A stretch of DNA of 53,717 bases from Candidatus Poseidoniaceae archaeon. GTDB lineage: Archaea > Thermoplasmatota > Poseidoniia > Poseidoniales > Poseidoniaceae. Positions 26,263-36,281 of this stretch are shown in pieces (position 1 is the stretch's first letter; the number at the start of each line of letters is the position of its first letter). Under the pieces are notes generated by a model. It saw nothing but the letters and a program-made list of their open reading frames with translations, was not told the origin of the DNA and ran no database searches. The position numbers and the translations under genes are program-made. The stretch spans positions 1 to 53,717 of the forward strand of contig JAPKFC010000003.1 of the NCBI GenBank assembly GCA_028821785.1. Direction: 5' to 3'.

Positions 26263-27315
26263 AGGAAATTGTAGAACTACTTTGCCACAATTTCCAGATG
26301 TTGCTAATTCCATCCCTTGTTCAAATTCAGAGATTGGAAAGTAGTTAGTGATTATTGTTTCAATATCTATTTGACCTGAACTAAGTAATTCGTGCATCGT
26401 ATCCCAAGTCGACCACATTTTACGGCCATTGATTCCTTTCAAATGCAAATATCGGAATACTAATTCATTCATTGGAATCTCTGGCGTTGGGTTGCCGTAT
26501 ACCGATAACACATTGACATAACCGCCCATTCTAGTAGACTTTACTGTATTCGACAATGCGACAGGTGAACCTGAAAACTCGCAGGAGTTATCAACTCCCC
26601 TTCCATCTGTTGCGGCTAATATCTCAGCAACGATGTCATTATCTTTTCCAAGAACCATGTCAGCACCTAATTTTTCTGCCAAACCCATGCGATATTGGTT
26701 ATCCCAATCAATAGCAATTACTTTCTCCGCACCCATTGCTTTGGCTGCATTTACTGCGAATAACCCAATCGGTCCCAAGCCGTGAATTGCCACGGTTGCG
26801 CCTTTGATTGGCCCCCCAGTCAAAGTGTGAATCGCATTGCCCAATGGGTCTTGTATCGATGCGTGATTTGGATTCAGTCCTTCAGGAATCGTTCTTGCAT
26901 TGACACTTGGGGCTGCGAAATATGGCCCAAACGCTCCATTGACTTCAACGCCAAATATTGTGCCACTTTCACAGATGTGAGCGTTGCCTTCATCGCAACG
27001 AGGACAATTCCAGCATGCAAAATGGCATTCTATTGCCACATTTTGTCCAATTCGGGAGTCGGAAACAGCACTACCCACAGCGACAATTTTGCCACATGTT
27101 TCATGCCCAGTAATAGTACCGAGTGGAACATTTTCTCGGCTCCATTGATCCCATTTCCAAATGTGTATATCGGTTCCACAGATTGAAGTTGCCAATGTCT
27201 GGACGATTACTTCATCTTCCTCCGGAGTGGGGACTGGATGCTGAGTAAGAGAAAAACCTCCCCTTACATCAGCGGTTTTTGTCCATGCCATCATCGTTGT
27301 TGGAATGGTAATCAT
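26254..27315 (-). CDS. tdh: L-threonine 3-dehydrogenase (Zn-dependent MDR)
   Basis: ICGTDIHIWKWDQW, GHE, structural-Zn Cys cluster, DPLGNAIHT, GLGPIG, INGRKMWSTW and CGKVVL motifs. Confidence 0.85.
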   Translation of the reverse strand: MITIPTTMMAWTKTADVRGGFSLTQHPVPTPEEDEVIVQTLATSICGTDIHIWKWDQWSRENVPLGTITGHETCGKIVAVGSAVSDSRIGQNVAIECHFACWNCPRCDEGNAHICESGTIFGVEVNGAFGPYFAAPSVNARTIPEGLNPNHASIQDPLGNAIHTLTGGPIKGATVAIHGLGPIGLFAVNAAKAMGAEKVIAIDWDNQYRMGLAEKLGADMVLGKDNDIVAEILAATDGRGVDNSCEFSGSPVALSNTVKSTRMGGYVNVLSVYGNPTPEIPMNELVFRYLHLKGINGRKMWSTWDTMHELLSSGQIDIETIITNYFPISEFEQGMELATSGNCGKVVLQFPSS

Positions 27316-27500
27316 TGCGCTCCCCTAAATCTTCTTTAGAGACGCCGCCTTTTGATTATTGGCTTGCTCTATGTCAATTTTCATGATGTGCTATGTAAAA
27401 TAATTAACAAAATATTGCCAATTTTGCCAATTTTGGAATTGGGATGACTGAGGGTATGTTGATTAAGGAGGCGCGACAGCCTCAAAACCCGTTGATGTCA

Positions 27501-29129
27501 ATGAAATACGTCGTGGTCAGCGGAGGTGTCCTTTCCGGATTAGGTAAAGGAGTGACTGCCAGCAGCATTGGAGTATTACTCAAATCCGCTGGACTGCGAG
27601 TCACTTCAATAAAAATTGACCCATATCTAAACAGCGATGCTGGAACTATGTCGCCGTTTGAACATGGAGAGGTTTTCGTTTTAGATGATGGCGGCGAAGC
27701 AGATTTAGATCTCGGTAATTATGAGAGATTCTTAGATATCAATTTAGCCAAGGACAATAATTTGACAACTGGAAAAGTATATTCTAAGGTAATTGAAGCT
27801 GAACGTCGTGGAGACTATCTTGGAAAAACAGTACAAGTAATTCCACATATTACCGATGCGGTAATGGAATGGATTGAAGATGTTGCTAGCAAACCTGCAG
27901 ATGGTTCAGATCAAACGCCTGATGCTTGTATTATCGAATTAGGTGGAACTGTTGGTGATATTGAATCTTCACCATATATCGAAGCATTAAGGCAATTTCA
28001 ATTTAGAGTCGGAAGAGAGAATGTAACTTTCGTTCACGTTTCATTAGTTCCGGTAATGGGACCTGTTGGTGAGCAAAAAACTAAGCCGACACAGCATACT
28101 GTCAAAGAGTTAAGAGGTCTAGGAATTTCGCCAGACATCCTAGTTTGTAGGTCCACCTCGCCTTTGAACCTTGAAACTCGGGAAAAGTTGGCTGCATTTT
28201 GCCACGTTAGCCCAGATGCAGTATTCTCAACACACGACGTTCCGAATATCTATCATGTTCCTCTAATGCTGCAAGAACAAGGTTTGTGCAATATCCTCGG
28301 AGTCGATTGTGAATCTACCGGATTATTGGCTGAATGGAGAAAGATGGCTTTACACCTAGACACACTGGTGGAGGAAATAACAATCGCAATGGTTGGAAAA
28401 TATACTGGTTTGAGCGATGCATATCTTTCTGTCATCAAATCTTTACAACACGCTGCAATGGCAGTTGACAGAAAATTGGTTATCGATTGGGTTGAAGCAT
28501 CACATCTGGAAGATGGTTGGTCGGATGCTGAAGAATCTGCAAGTGCATGGCAGATGCTGAAGGGTGCTGATGGAATATTGGTCCCAGGTGGCTTTGGCGA
28601 TAGAGGAATAGAAGGAAAAATAATCGCCGCTAATTATTCTAGAATTAACAATGTCCCGTACTTAGGAATTTGTCTGGGATTACAAGTTGCAACTATTGAG
28701 TTCTGCCGTAACGTCTTAGGACTCACAGGTGCGAACTCAACTGAATTTGACGAAAGTGTTGAACATGCAGCAGTTGTATTCATGCCAGAAATTTCAAAGA
28801 CACATTTAGGTGGAACAATGCGACTAGGAAGCCGTCCAACAGTATGGCAAGTCGATGAATGTAAAATTAGAACACTATATGGAGAAGGTGATTCTGTAGA
28901 TGAAAGACATCGTCACAGATACGAAGTAAACCCAGATCTGATTGAACAGATTGAAGCTGCTGGTCTGAAGTTTGTCGGTAAGGATGAGACTGGACAACGT
29001 TGTGAGATTTTTGAACTAGAAGGCCATCCATATTTCGTAGGAGTTCAATACCATCCAGAATTCAAGAGTAGACCTAATCGCCCATCTCCTCCATTTTTGG
29101 GATTACTCCAAGCGGCTACTAAAAAGTGA
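27501..29129 (+). CDS. pyrG: CTP synthase
   Basis: [51 protein letters not shown] and QYHPEF motifs; start moved to MKYVVV (27501). Confidence 0.97.
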   Translation: MKYVVVSGGVLSGLGKGVTASSIGVLLKSAGLRVTSIKIDPYLNSDAGTMSPFEHGEVFVLDDGGEADLDLGNYERFLDINLAKDNNLTTGKVYSKVIEAERRGDYLGKTVQVIPHITDAVMEWIEDVASKPADGSDQTPDACIIELGGTVGDIESSPYIEALRQFQFRVGRENVTFVHVSLVPVMGPVGEQKTKPTQHTVKELRGLGISPDILVCRSTSPLNLETREKLAAFCHVSPDAVFSTHDVPNIYHVPLMLQEQGLCNILGVDCESTGLLAEWRKMALHLDTLVEEITIAMVGKYTGLSDAYLSVIKSLQHAAMAVDRKLVIDWVEASHLEDGWSDAEESASAWQMLKGADGILVPGGFGDRGIEGKIIAANYSRINNVPYLGICLGLQVATIEFCRNVLGLTGANSTEFDESVEHAAVVFMPEISKTHLGGTMRLGSRPTVWQVDECKIRTLYGEGDSVDERHRHRYEVNPDLIEQIEAAGLKFVGKDETGQRCEIFELEGHPYFVGVQYHPEFKSRPNRPSPPFLGLLQAATKK

Positions 29130-29290
29130 TAAGACAATTCATCGCAACCTTGTAAGCGATACTCTTTAGAAGGAGTTGAGACAAGTATAATATATGCAAT
29201 TAGCAATTATTATCGGATTATTATACCTAACTCTAACATCAATATTTCTTGCAAATATTGCAAAAATGAATAAAGGAATCAAAATTTGAT

Positions 29291-30490
29291 TCATTGTGCA
29301 ATTCTAATCAGCCTCGTAGTGCGGAAGCCTTGTAAGATTTTGATGAATCTCTTTTCGTGAAACATCTCGTCAAGTGTTGTATCGCCAGTATCTATTCTAA
29401 TATTGGATAAACCAATCAATTTACTCGGAGTTGCAACACCAAGAATATTTTCAATTCCAATTTCCCTAAGAACATCTGGTGAAAGTTGTAAATTGCCTCT
29501 GCCGATTAGGAATCCTTGGCCACCCATGGGTGAAAGAAGTAACAATATTGGCTTGGTTTGGCCATTAGAATCGCTGTGCTTTTCTATTATTTCCAACAAT
29601 CCTTGCTCATTCAAATCAAGATCAAGGATGCGCTTATTTCCACCGTCGGGTGAAGGTGATTCTACATCTATTCCAAGAAGAGTCAATTCATGGCCACAGT
29701 GTTTACCCATACGGTTCAAAGTTCCACCACTGCCCCATACTATCATCAAATCATTATTATCTGCAACTAATGTTTTGATATGTTCCGCAAGTGCTTCAAT
29801 AGTATCTTCCTCGCTTGCACGTTCAACCTGCTCTTTGGCTCCTTGCATAAATCGAGGACTACTTGGAGTCCATGCTTCACCATACATACGAACTTTCCAA
29901 ACACCGGTTTGGTAGACCTCTTCATCCAAATCCATAACCTCTGTAATTCCAGTTCTTAAATCACCTAAATGGTAGGCTAAAACAACTTCTGCAGCTGCTT
30001 TAGGAGTTGTAGCAAAACAACCACTATGCATTTTCACTCCGCCTGGAACTCCAACGATTGCTGTTTTGGAAGCAGATTTACCGTTTATTTCACCGATGTT
30101 CTCAAGCGCTTTAACAATATCACGAGTAGTTCCATCTCCTCCTGCATAGAGAAGTAGATCAACTTCTGAATCAATTAATTGCTTTACTAGTAAAGTTGTA
30201 TCCTGTGCAGAAGTTGACTGAGGTGAATCTCCAATAATCGTAACAGGTGTTTTATCCATCCAAGAAGAACCCATTGCTCCTGACCAACAAATGAATTCAA
30301 TTTTTTCTCCTTGGCGATTAAGACTGCTGTCAAGAAGTTGGCTTAACTTCTCCACGCATTGCTGCATTCTTGGCCCTGACCTATCTTGGGCGCCAGCAGC
30401 CCTTGCTTCTTCGGCCCTCCCATCGCTTCCCTTGAAGCCCAAGCGACCGCCTAGGCCGGCATCTGGATTGACGATGATGCCGACTCGCAT
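29291..30490 (-). CDS. ATP-NAD kinase-like / AcoX family protein
   Basis: IVNPDAGLGGRLGFKGSDG, GGDGTTRD, GVKMHSG and GQGFLIGRGNLQLS motifs. Confidence 0.8.
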   Translation of the reverse strand: MRVGIIVNPDAGLGGRLGFKGSDGRAEEARAAGAQDRSGPRMQQCVEKLSQLLDSSLNRQGEKIEFICWSGAMGSSWMDKTPVTIIGDSPQSTSAQDTTLLVKQLIDSEVDLLLYAGGDGTTRDIVKALENIGEINGKSASKTAIVGVPGGVKMHSGCFATTPKAAAEVVLAYHLGDLRTGITEVMDLDEEVYQTGVWKVRMYGEAWTPSSPRFMQGAKEQVERASEEDTIEALAEHIKTLVADNNDLMIVWGSGGTLNRMGKHCGHELTLLGIDVESPSPDGGNKRILDLDLNEQGLLEIIEKHSDSNGQTKPILLLLSPMGGQGFLIGRGNLQLSPDVLREIGIENILGVATPSKLIGLSNIRIDTGDTTLDEMFHEKRFIKILQGFRTTRLIRIAQ

Positions 30491-30596
30491 AGCACTGCCA
30501 CCTGCTCAACATTCATCAATGTGCGGAGAAAAAATATTACCGATAATCAAGACAATTATCAACAATCTTGATTTGATATCATTTCCTAGCCCAACT

Positions 30597-30998
30597 ATGC
30601 GAAGTAATGATGACACTATTCCAAACCTAGAGGATGCGGTTTCTGGAGGCTTCTCGGAATTCAAAATCGGTGAAAAGAAATTTAAAGAATCTGAGCAAAA
30701 GAAAGAGGAAACAATTGAACACTCTGCTGTAGAAACTAATCCTATTGAAAAATCAGAACCGAAGTATGGTTACAAAATTGATGCAGTCGAATCTAGACAA
30801 TCATTCGTAGTAAAGCCCAATTCTGCCACAATGGAAACAAAACAAGGTCTTGAGATTACCAGTCCTGCGGAAGAAGAACGAATCGCTCAGGAAAAGGCTC
30901 GGCTAGAAGCCCTAGCACAACAACCGCAAAAGCCTCAACAAGAAGTCAAAGATAAGCCATCTTCAACGATCGGTGATGAATTTGATGTAGCGTGGTAA
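30597..30998 (+). CDS. Hypothetical charged, probably disordered protein
   Basis: Track ORF 30291 overlaps the divergent gene; the plausible start is MRSNDD at 30597 (in frame). Lys/Glu-rich, ends DEFDVAW. Confidence 0.6.
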   Translation: MRSNDDTIPNLEDAVSGGFSEFKIGEKKFKESEQKKEETIEHSAVETNPIEKSEPKYGYKIDAVESRQSFVVKPNSATMETKQGLEITSPAEEERIAQEKARLEALAQQPQKPQQEVKDKPSSTIGDEFDVAW

Positions 30999-31056
30999 TC
31001 AATTTCAAATTGATAACTATTTGCTGATAAGTAATGAGAGTCAAAGGTGGATTTGA

Positions 31057-31105
31057 TAGGTTGGTGACGCCCCCCAAGGATTGTCGGGCACAACCTACGG
31101 GGCGT
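31057..31105 (+). promoter_or_regulatory. Structured leader upstream of thrS (candidate cis-regulatory RNA)
   Basis: ACGCCCC(31067-73)/GGGGCGT(31099-105) closing AGG-A-TTGT/ACAA-CCT; alternative pairing TAGGTTG(31057-63)/CAACCTA(31091-97). Confidence 0.4.
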
Positions 31106-31130
31106 GTTTCAACAATCTGAGGCTAGTGTG

Positions 31131-33164
31131 ATGTCAATGATTAACGTAACTTTACCAGATGGAACAATCAATGAGTATGCTGAAGGGATTACCTGTGCTG
31201 AAGTGATTACTGATGCATTAGGCCGCAAGCATGGATGCTTGGCGGCGTTTGTTGACGGTGTTGAAAAAGACATGTCAACCAAACTTTCATCCAGTTGTTC
31301 TGTTGAAGGTATTCTCTCTGTTTCTGAGGAAGGAATTCACATTCTACGCCACAGTGCTGCACACCTTTTAGCACAGGCCGTTACCGAACTTTATCCTGGT
31401 GCATTGCCCACGATTGGCCCTGCTATTGAAAGAGGGTTTTACTACGATTTCAAAATGGACCCTATTACAGAGGCTGACCTTAAGGCAATCCAAAAGAAAA
31501 TGCAATTCTTAGCAAAGCAAAATGCTGTCGTTGAAAGAATCGAATTAAATGAAGAGGATTTGAAATCTCATTTTGAGCACAATCCATACAAGTTGGAAAT
31601 AATCAATGATAAATTGGAAGATGGTGCTGGTTCCACTATTTACAAGCAAGGTGAATGGTACGACCTTTGTCTTGGACCTCACGTTCCTAATCTATCTCGG
31701 CTGATGTTTGTCAAACTGACTTCGGTTTCTTCTGCATATTGGCGTGGAGATCAAGAGAGAGAACAATTAGTACGAATTTATGGTTTGGTTGAACCAACAA
31801 AGGACGCCCTACAAGCCACTCTAAAGAATATTGAAGAAGCCAAGAAAAGAGACCATCGTAAACTTGGAAAGGACTTGCAATTATTCCATATTGATGAAGA
31901 AGTTGGCCAGGGACTCATCTTGTGGACCCCTCGCGGTTCAATTATTCGTCAGGAATTACAGGATTTCATTTCCTTCCATTTACGCCGACAAGGATACTCA
32001 CAAGTTTTCACTCCACACGTTGGAAAATTAGATTTGTATCGCACCTCTGGACATTTCCCTTACTATCAAGAATCCCAATATCCACCACTTGTTGAAAAAG
32101 ACTTGATGAGGAAATTAGCTGATGAAGGATGCTCATGTTCTGAACTTGCAAATTTGATGAAATCTGGCGATATTGATGGATATATGCTAAAGCCAATGAA
32201 TTGCCCTCACCACGTCAAAATTTATTCATCTCAAGCCCGCAGTTATCGTGATTTGCCTTTGAGATTGGCTGAATTCGGAACCGTATATCGCTGGGAACAA
32301 TCTGGTGAAATATCTGGTATGACCAGAGTCCGTGGATTTACTCAAGATGATGCTCATCTATTCGTAACCGAGGAACAAATCGCTGAGGAAGTTCTAGGTT
32401 GTATTGAATTGGTTCAAATTATCTTTGACAAATTGGGAATGACTGATTATAGAGTAAGAGTTGGCCTAAGAGATCCTGATTCTGACAAATATGTTGGTCA
32501 ATCTGAAGGCTGGGATAAGGCAGAAGATGCCTGCCGCTCTGCTGCTCAATCATTAGGTGTTGAGTGGACTGAAGAAGAAGGAGAGGCTGCATTTTACGGA
32601 CCAAAAATAGATTTCGTCGTTAGAGATGTTATCGGAAGAGAATGGCAACTTGGAACTGTTCAAGTCGATTACAATCTTCCTGAGCGATTTGACCTGTTGT
32701 ACAAAGGAAACGATGGGGAAATGCATCGCCCTGTAATGATTCACAGAGCCCCATTCGGCAGTATGGAAAGGTTCGTCGGAGTTCTGATAGAACACTTTGC
32801 TGGAAAATTCCCTACTTGGTTAACACCGACTCAGTGTCATATTATTACAATCTCAGAGAAGCATAAACAATATGCCCAGGAAGTTGCAGATCTGCTTAAA
32901 GAAAAGGAAATTCGTGTATTGGTTGATGATGGAGATGATACAATTGGCAAGAAGATTCGCACTCACAGAAAAATGCAACCTGCCTATATGGTCATCCTTG
33001 GAGAAGGTGAGGCTGAGAACAGAACTGTGAGCCTACGGGCAAGAAATGGCGACCAAGTGTCCGATTTGCCTCTCGACCAGTTCGTAGATGACCTAATGAC
33101 TGAGATTTCTAACAAGGAGCCACAGCCATGCTTAGTTCCTAGCCAGCAACAATCTGAAGATTGA
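31131..33164 (+). CDS. thrS: Threonyl-tRNA synthetase, bacterial type (TGS + editing domain)
   Basis: RHSAAH, DLCLGPH, RDHRKLG, KPMNCPHH, RVRGFTQDDAH, FYGPKID and IHRAPFGSMERF motifs. Start at 31131 or 31137. Confidence 0.97.
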   Translation: MSMINVTLPDGTINEYAEGITCAEVITDALGRKHGCLAAFVDGVEKDMSTKLSSSCSVEGILSVSEEGIHILRHSAAHLLAQAVTELYPGALPTIGPAIERGFYYDFKMDPITEADLKAIQKKMQFLAKQNAVVERIELNEEDLKSHFEHNPYKLEIINDKLEDGAGSTIYKQGEWYDLCLGPHVPNLSRLMFVKLTSVSSAYWRGDQEREQLVRIYGLVEPTKDALQATLKNIEEAKKRDHRKLGKDLQLFHIDEEVGQGLILWTPRGSIIRQELQDFISFHLRRQGYSQVFTPHVGKLDLYRTSGHFPYYQESQYPPLVEKDLMRKLADEGCSCSELANLMKSGDIDGYMLKPMNCPHHVKIYSSQARSYRDLPLRLAEFGTVYRWEQSGEISGMTRVRGFTQDDAHLFVTEEQIAEEVLGCIELVQIIFDKLGMTDYRVRVGLRDPDSDKYVGQSEGWDKAEDACRSAAQSLGVEWTEEEGEAAFYGPKIDFVVRDVIGREWQLGTVQVDYNLPERFDLLYKGNDGEMHRPVMIHRAPFGSMERFVGVLIEHFAGKFPTWLTPTQCHIITISEKHKQYAQEVADLLKEKEIRVLVDDGDDTIGKKIRTHRKMQPAYMVILGEGEAENRTVSLRARNGDQVSDLPLDQFVDDLMTEISNKEPQPCLVPSQQQSED

Positions 33165-33249
33165 TGATTAAATTGTAATGGGTTTGAAAATCTCCCTTTT
33201 CTTAGCGTGTACACCATAAGGTGAAATGCAAAAAGATTGAGCAGAGATT

Positions 33250-35799
33250 ATGAGCGCACCTCCTATCATCACTGAATTTTCAGTGGAGGCTCTAGTGCCC
33301 TTGTTTTTTGCAATATCTGCAGCTTTATTGTTTTGGAATAGAATCGTTCCAAGACAACTACGAGGTTTACAAGTTGCCTTTGAAACTGGTGAGAAGAGAT
33401 ATGAAGTTCACAAAGTCACAACGTCATTTCAAGATGCCAAGGATTTACTCGCTAGTAAATACATGAGATTCGGAGTTTCTTCATATCTATTCGCATTGAC
33501 AGGAACACTTCTGCTCTTTTTTGAATATCTAATGATTCGTTTTGATATTTATTCAGGCTACCATGCACAAACATTAGCATTGGCACTATTGATGATCACC
33601 TGGCCTGCTGTTGTATCAAGTGGTGCATCTCTTGGCGCTCAAGTCATCAAACCTCTCGGCAATACAAGAGCGACTTTACAAGATTCTTCGATTTGGAGAA
33701 CATATTCATATTTGTTATTAGCAATAATTTGGTTCGGTTTAGTTGCTATCATCGTCTTAGCATTAGACATTAAGGGCGTTCCACAGAACCGAATCTTCTC
33801 GATAGCAGCATTTACTGCTTTCTCACCAGCAATATTAGCCTACGGTAGAATACTAGGTTCCTCTTGGCAAGCACTACATCAGTCTAGCAAAAAAATTGCT
33901 GCTGGAGAAGCTTCGCCCTTCCATAATCACATTCCGTCTACAAAACAAATCGCTGTCGCTTCAATAGTAAAATGGAATCTAATAGCAATGCCATTTGTCG
34001 CCATTAATACTGTTATTTCGCTAATTGCACTATTATATGATCCAACACTATTTGTTCACTCCGATAGGGTACTCGAACTTCCAGAGTATAGTATTCAATC
34101 AACGATAATGGAAGAAGGAGGTTTGCTCGGCTTTGGATTGATTGAACTATTCGCATACATTCCTCAAGCCGGCATTAGAGTTCCAATGGTCACTGGAATG
34201 CTTCTTTTCCTTCTTCTCAACGTAGCATTAATCGGATTCCTATTCATCTATGAAGTTGCAAGGATTCTTTTCCTCGATATCCAAGATGTTTCGGGTAGAG
34301 GGGGAATAAAGTTAGCAGACTCACGGTTATTGAGAGCCGAAATCTCTGTCCAAGCAAAAGTTCTAAATTTTTGTTTTACCGGATTTGCTGGACAAAGTAT
34401 GCTATTGCTATCACTGGCGATGATAACATTCTGGGATTCAAGTTTTCTGCCTCAAGGTGAAACATGTGGCTCTTGGGAGAATAGCGTTTGCAGCATACTG
34501 ACAAAGGATGGTTTAGAAGAATTAACATGGATGTTGGCCGCAGGTGGTCAAATTTCTTTCCTCTTTGTATGGGCAGGTTCTATCAATCGAGGCAGTAAAT
34601 TAGAAGATATCAATTTTGATGCTTCAATGAGTGAGAATAGAGAGGTGTTAACTCAATTAGAAGATAAAATATACCTCAAACAAAAACCAATTTCACAACT
34701 AATCGCTGATGATGAATGGGGTAGGTTATTCAAACAACTGGACATAATTTTAGAAGGGCATGGAGAAGACCTAGAAGGGCTTGACCTAGTTAGGAGAATT
34801 AGTGCTAAAATGACCGTATATTGTAGCCTTGGGCGTTGGGATGAGGCTGAAGAGGAAGCGGTTTCATTACTGGCCTTGCGCGGTGGTAGAGAAGCTCATA
34901 TTGCGAGACTTGTGCTAACTGCTGCTAGCCTTGCTCAAAGAGATCTAGCGGAAGCCAAACCTCGTTTAGCATTCTTATCTGAGGATGATATTGAAGGTGC
35001 TCGGCTACAATGGTTTGCCAGTATTATAAGCCCTAAATCAAGAAAACTTTCACCTGAATTTCATGCAATGCTTGCTGTTGACCCACTGACTAAGAGAAAT
35101 ATGGACCTGATAAAGAGATTGATCACGGGCACCTCTGTTAGTAAATTGAAACCACATAATAATCCAGCTGGAAGGATGCAATTTTTAGGCGACATTGCTA
35201 GGCTAAGATTAGAAGGGCAATATGAAAGAGCAATCAATTTACTTGAGGAGTTTATTGCGGAAAATAATATTAAAAAATGGCCACATGGCAACTTAGTTCG
35301 TGCTTTAATTAACTACGATGAGGGTCGAATTAATACCGCTGCGGATATGACTGAGAAATTATTTGATAAAAATTCACGCCATCCACATATCCGCTCATTT
35401 ATTCACCATTTAGCCACTATCGGCCATACTGAATATTCATTACATGAAGAAACTGGAATGGAATGGTGTATTGATTCAGGATTGGATTGGGTCGGTTCTT
35501 GGGAAAAGATGCACAATGTTGCACCAGCACCCGAACTTCGCAATAAGAAATTGAAGAAACATGCTTGGAAAGCAAATGCTTGGATTGCTCATGATGTTGG
35601 AAATGGCTTACAATCGGCACTGGCCAAGAAAGCAAAGGCTTGGAAGACATTGAGTGTGGACGATTCAGCCCTTCCGATTTGCCTATACACTCATCTAACT
35701 GGAATTGTTGTTACCGTGGGTGGAATGCCGGTTGATTTGGGATTACCTGGTTATCTTGATTTGAAGAGAATCGAGGCAAACGGTCTAATCGATTTGTGA
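33250..35799 (+). CDS. Large hypothetical polytopic membrane protein with a TPR-like helical C-terminal region
   Basis: About 9-10 hydrophobic segments in the N-terminal half; helical repeats (LGRWDEAEEEA, GQYERAINLL, GRINTAADM) after. Confidence 0.75.
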   Translation: MSAPPIITEFSVEALVPLFFAISAALLFWNRIVPRQLRGLQVAFETGEKRYEVHKVTTSFQDAKDLLASKYMRFGVSSYLFALTGTLLLFFEYLMIRFDIYSGYHAQTLALALLMITWPAVVSSGASLGAQVIKPLGNTRATLQDSSIWRTYSYLLLAIIWFGLVAIIVLALDIKGVPQNRIFSIAAFTAFSPAILAYGRILGSSWQALHQSSKKIAAGEASPFHNHIPSTKQIAVASIVKWNLIAMPFVAINTVISLIALLYDPTLFVHSDRVLELPEYSIQSTIMEEGGLLGFGLIELFAYIPQAGIRVPMVTGMLLFLLLNVALIGFLFIYEVARILFLDIQDVSGRGGIKLADSRLLRAEISVQAKVLNFCFTGFAGQSMLLLSLAMITFWDSSFLPQGETCGSWENSVCSILTKDGLEELTWMLAAGGQISFLFVWAGSINRGSKLEDINFDASMSENREVLTQLEDKIYLKQKPISQLIADDEWGRLFKQLDIILEGHGEDLEGLDLVRRISAKMTVYCSLGRWDEAEEEAVSLLALRGGREAHIARLVLTAASLAQRDLAEAKPRLAFLSEDDIEGARLQWFASIISPKSRKLSPEFHAMLAVDPLTKRNMDLIKRLITGTSVSKLKPHNNPAGRMQFLGDIARLRLEGQYERAINLLEEFIAENNIKKWPHGNLVRALINYDEGRINTAADMTEKLFDKNSRHPHIRSFIHHLATIGHTEYSLHEETGMEWCIDSGLDWVGSWEKMHNVAPAPELRNKKLKKHAWKANAWIAHDVGNGLQSALAKKAKAWKTLSVDDSALPICLYTHLTGIVVTVGGMPVDLGLPGYLDLKRIEANGLIDL

Positions 35800-35804
35800 T
35801 TCAT

Positions 35805-36281
35805 TCACAAAACATTCTTGATTAATTCATCCAAGTCCTGTGGACGACCACAATAATGGCAACGGATGTGTAATGGGTCCCTGCTAATCACCTTGAGTCG
35901 GTGCGGTAGTGGTTCACGCAAATTGGTAGTAATACAATTAGAGAATGTACAACGAACAACATTCAAAACTTCAGTTCCAAGGTTGATGGTCAACTTTTCT
36001 GCTACAGAATATGCTCTAATAATCGCTACATGTGCATCTGGTGCAACTAAAGCAAGGCGGTCTAATTCTGTTTGAGTCAATTCTCGGTCTTCAACCTTGA
36101 TAATATCCTTGGCACCCATTTTCTTAGATGGGACATTCATGACCAAAGAAACTGGTACCGATGACTTACCACCGATTCCGAGCATCTCAAGAACTCTCAG
36201 TGCTTGACCGGATGGAATATGATCAACAACAGTACCGTTACGAATTGCCGTTACACGGCGCATGCTATGTTCATTTTCCAT
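35805..36281 (-). CDS. pyrI: Aspartate carbamoyltransferase regulatory chain
   Basis: IRNGTVVDHI, KDIIKVE and the CTFSNC ... CHYC Zn site. Confidence 0.95.
   Translation of the reverse strand: MENEHSMRRVTAIRNGTVVDHIPSGQALRVLEMLGIGGKSSVPVSLVMNVPSKKMGAKDIIKVEDRELTQTELDRLALVAPDAHVAIIRAYSVAEKLTINLGTEVLNVVRCTFSNCITTNLREPLPHRLKVISRDPLHIRCHYCGRPQDLDELIKNVL

Noticed and set aside
31000-31130. T-box riboswitch before thrS
   Set aside because: Region too short, with no T-box consensus or specifier loop; kept only as a generic structured-leader candidate.
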